Positions 61,487 to 64,000 of a stretch of DNA of 64,000 nt are shown here, in pieces. A program made the position numbers and the translations under genes. The stretch's first letter is position 1. The number at the start of each line of letters is the position of its first letter. The stretch is taken from contig CM097885.1 of the NCBI GenBank assembly GCA_044892525.1, positions 68,758,001 through 68,822,000 on the forward strand. The letters run 5' to 3'. Below the pieces are notes generated by a model, which did no database searches, was not told the DNA's origin, and worked only from the letters and a program-made list of their open reading frames with translations. Source of the DNA: Schmidtea polychroa (taxonomy: Eukaryota).

Positions 61487-62809
61487 TATGTCGGGAAAGG
61501 GCCTGAGCAGGATGAAAATGATAGTGTGTTCTGTGATACTATTTTTCTTTTCCCCACATACGCCAACAAATCTATTGTAACTAAAACTTCTTCATTTATA
61601 TCGAATTCTCAGTGTATCCGGTTGTCATTTTTATAATTTAAAAATTTCTTTGTTTTGATTGCACTTCCTCCACTATTTTACTTCTATCGTTGTATATTCT
61701 TTTATTATTGTTCCATTCTCTAGATATCCGAAACTTAAATACTGATTCTGATGGACTTTTTCCAATTGTGCTTTGAATAGTGTTGAGGTCTGTAAATTAA
61801 AATTAAAAATTTAAATAAAATTTAGGATAATAATTCAAATGGAAAGTAAGCGAGGAAAAAAGGCAAATAAAAGCGGGATCGTGTACAGAATCAATAGTAA
61901 AGGAAAGTGTGATGGAAACAGTATTAGAAAATGCAAAAAGCAATTACGAAAGGCGAGAATCCGGAAATCCGAGAAAAATCAATAAATGGAAAAATCATCG
62001 AAATCGAATGGGAAAAACGGGACAGGTATAGATTAGCTAATGGTCAACAAGATGATGGTTAGGGATTTACCAGAAAAGGGTTAGGAAGGGTCGAAAAACA
62101 TTCAAACGTATGAAAACAGAAAACGTTAATTAATTAATTGGCTAATGGAGAACCCGAGAGATAAAGGAAACCCGAGCTGGGTAAACAAGAAGAAAGGCAA
62201 ACAAAAGGAAGATTTGGGCCCATCAGCTTGACACAATGATTAATGGGAAAAGAGTAAGGAGAAGATAGCGCGCGTAGGAAGACCGGTAGGGCCATTAATT
62301 ATCTGGATTCGTTGGACCATTATGGGTGACAGCCGAAGCAAACAAGTAGGAGAAAATGTCAAACGAAAGATTGGCTCGGCAATAACCATTTGTCATCCTG
62401 ATTTCGAGGAGTATATAAGCAAAAGGGAAATCAGAGAAAATCGGCATTTTGCCTCAGGTAGGGTAAGAAGAATCGAGAATAGTCGAGAGGTAAAAACGAA
62501 TTTAGGGAAGTAGGGTAAAGAAGAAAAAGAATTAAGAATACGGAAAGGTGAAAAGGGATCAAACCAAACAGAAACCGAGGAAAACGTGAATCGAGAGAAG
62601 CTAAAGGATCGAAAGGTGAACATTGTTTGTTTGCAAAGCATCAACGCCGAGCGGAGAATCGTATAAAACTTTGATCAGTAATTGTAGCGTGATAATCAAT
62701 TGTGAACCTGTTGTTTCAATATACGTTGGGTCGTTCATTGTTTTGATTTAAAGAACACTAGGAGTCAGAGAGAACCGACTTGAAATAATCCAAAACCCAA
62801 CATATATTA

Positions 62810-62827
62810 TGGTGAGCCCGACGTGAT
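62810..62827 (+). promoter_or_regulatory. Primer-binding site, tRNA-Trp
   Basis: TGGTGAGCCCGACGTGAT is one base from the complement of the animal tRNA-Trp 3' end (ATCACGTCGGGGTCACCA); 7 nt after the LTR end. Confidence 0.85.
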
Positions 62828-63112
62828 CGCAAGTCGGCGGAAATTTATTGAAAGTTAGTGAAAGAATTAATTATTGGAAAATATTACCGACGTGATTGAA
62901 AGTCGGAGGAAAAATTATTGGAAGTTAGTGAAAAAGAAATTATTAAAAAAATTTAGTACCGACGCGATAGAGAGTCGGCTGAGAATCATTGAAAGTAGTG
63001 AAAATTTGTGAAAATAGTGCTAACGAGATTATTAAAGGCTATTATTGGAAGATTTGAAAGAAGTTGAAAAGTAATTTTAAATTATTGTTTAACGTTTGAA
63101 GTTTAGCTCAAA

Positions 63113-64000
63113 GTGAACCGATACAACCTCAGAAGTCAGAAACAAGTCCAAATGGCAAATGATAATGCTGTTATGCCTCTCAATAGAGAGATGATTGATT
63201 TCGCAAGTTGCCAGAAATTACCCGTCAATCAATATGGAGGAGACCCTGTTGAATTTGCAGATTTCATGGGAGATTATTATATGTACGCCTCAGCAAACGG
63301 ATGGACACAAGCCATTATGGTTCAGAGATTCCCACTCTATCTGAAGGGTGCGGCAAGAGAAGCCTGGCAGGAAGTCGACAAACGAAATGTTGGTAATGAT
63401 TGGACCAAATTGAAGGATGCAATGGCACTGAAACTGGTGGGTGGAGATATCAAAAGAATCTTGCGACAGAAATTTTATAATCGAGTTCAAGGTCCAGATG
63501 AATCGGTCAGTGAGTTTGCTTATCATCTGACCACTTTAGCAAATAAAGCCTTTGAAGTTAAACCAGACCAAGCAGATATGGCGAAGCAGGTTAAAGAGCT
63601 GTTAGAAGATCAGTTTATAACCGGAGTCCACTCCGAAATTAAAAAGGCCCTATGTTATGTGGATTTTTCCAATTTCGATGAGCTCGTGAAGAAAGCCATG
63701 AAAATAGAGCTGAATTTAAAAAGTGCAAAAAGATCAGATGCTTTTTGAGTTAATGTGGAGAGACGTGATCGATCAATTACGCCTGCGTGAGCACCATGGG
63801 ATGAAAAGAAAATAAATCAAATCAGTAGTCCAATTCTGAGACCAAATAATAGATTTCAAGCCAGTAGATCAGCCATGAACGTACAATCAAATGGACAGGT
63901 AAATAATCCTCAATGCGAACATTGCAAAAAGTCCGGACACTATTCAAATCAATGTTGGTTCAAATATGGGAAAAATCCCAGCCCTAACAAGAGATTCACA
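63113..64000 (+). pseudogene. gag: Gypsy gag with two in-frame TGA stops before the CCHC knuckle; runs off window
   Basis: Capsid region YGGDP..F...FPLYLKGAAREAW...RVQGPDESVSEF...QFITG; CEHCKKSGHYSNQC at 63914-63955 in the same frame. Confidence 0.9.

Larger units (their letters stand above)
57316..62802 (+). mobile_element. Giant Gypsy 5' LTR B (5487 bp)
   Basis: Perfect terminal inverted repeat TGTTGGG...CCCAACA, followed by a PBS and gag. Confidence 0.85.

Noticed and set aside
63746-63790. Programmed readthrough of the gag TGA codons
   Set aside because: Two stops 14 codons apart, both before the zinc knuckle, are better explained as nonsense mutations.

Overview
AT-rich animal genomic DNA with 38-52 nt GT-AG introns. 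A planarian or other flatworm host is plausible but is only an inference. The window is mostly nested mobile DNA. (1) The right-hand 12.1 kb of a Polinton/Maverick (adintovirus-type) element: penton, pX-like core protein, hexon, adenain protease, protein-primed PolB, a RING gene, an unannotated five-exon acidic SIM-repeat gene, and a right TIR ending CTACT at 12108. (2) Two more Polinton derivatives: a PolB-tail element at 36818-39611 and a 3.36 kb palindromic mini-Polinton with a perfect 6-bp TSD at 49892-53255. (3) Giant Gypsy LTRs bounded by TGTTGGG...CCCAACA: a 5.05 kb solo LTR, a minus-strand LTR, and a 5.49 kb 5' LTR followed by a tRNA-Trp PBS and gag. Three of these diverged LTRs share a covarying structured-RNA motif, and two encode a homologous accessory protein with an Arg/Lys-rich tail. 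(4) A near-intact hAT transposon, Buster, pogo, Tc1, piggyBac and MULE remnants, and a Penelope fragment with a minimal hammerhead ribozyme. (5) Host genes: a spliced caspase (QCCLG) and a divergent mitofusin-like GTPase. All calls are by eye from motifs; no database search or folding program was run.
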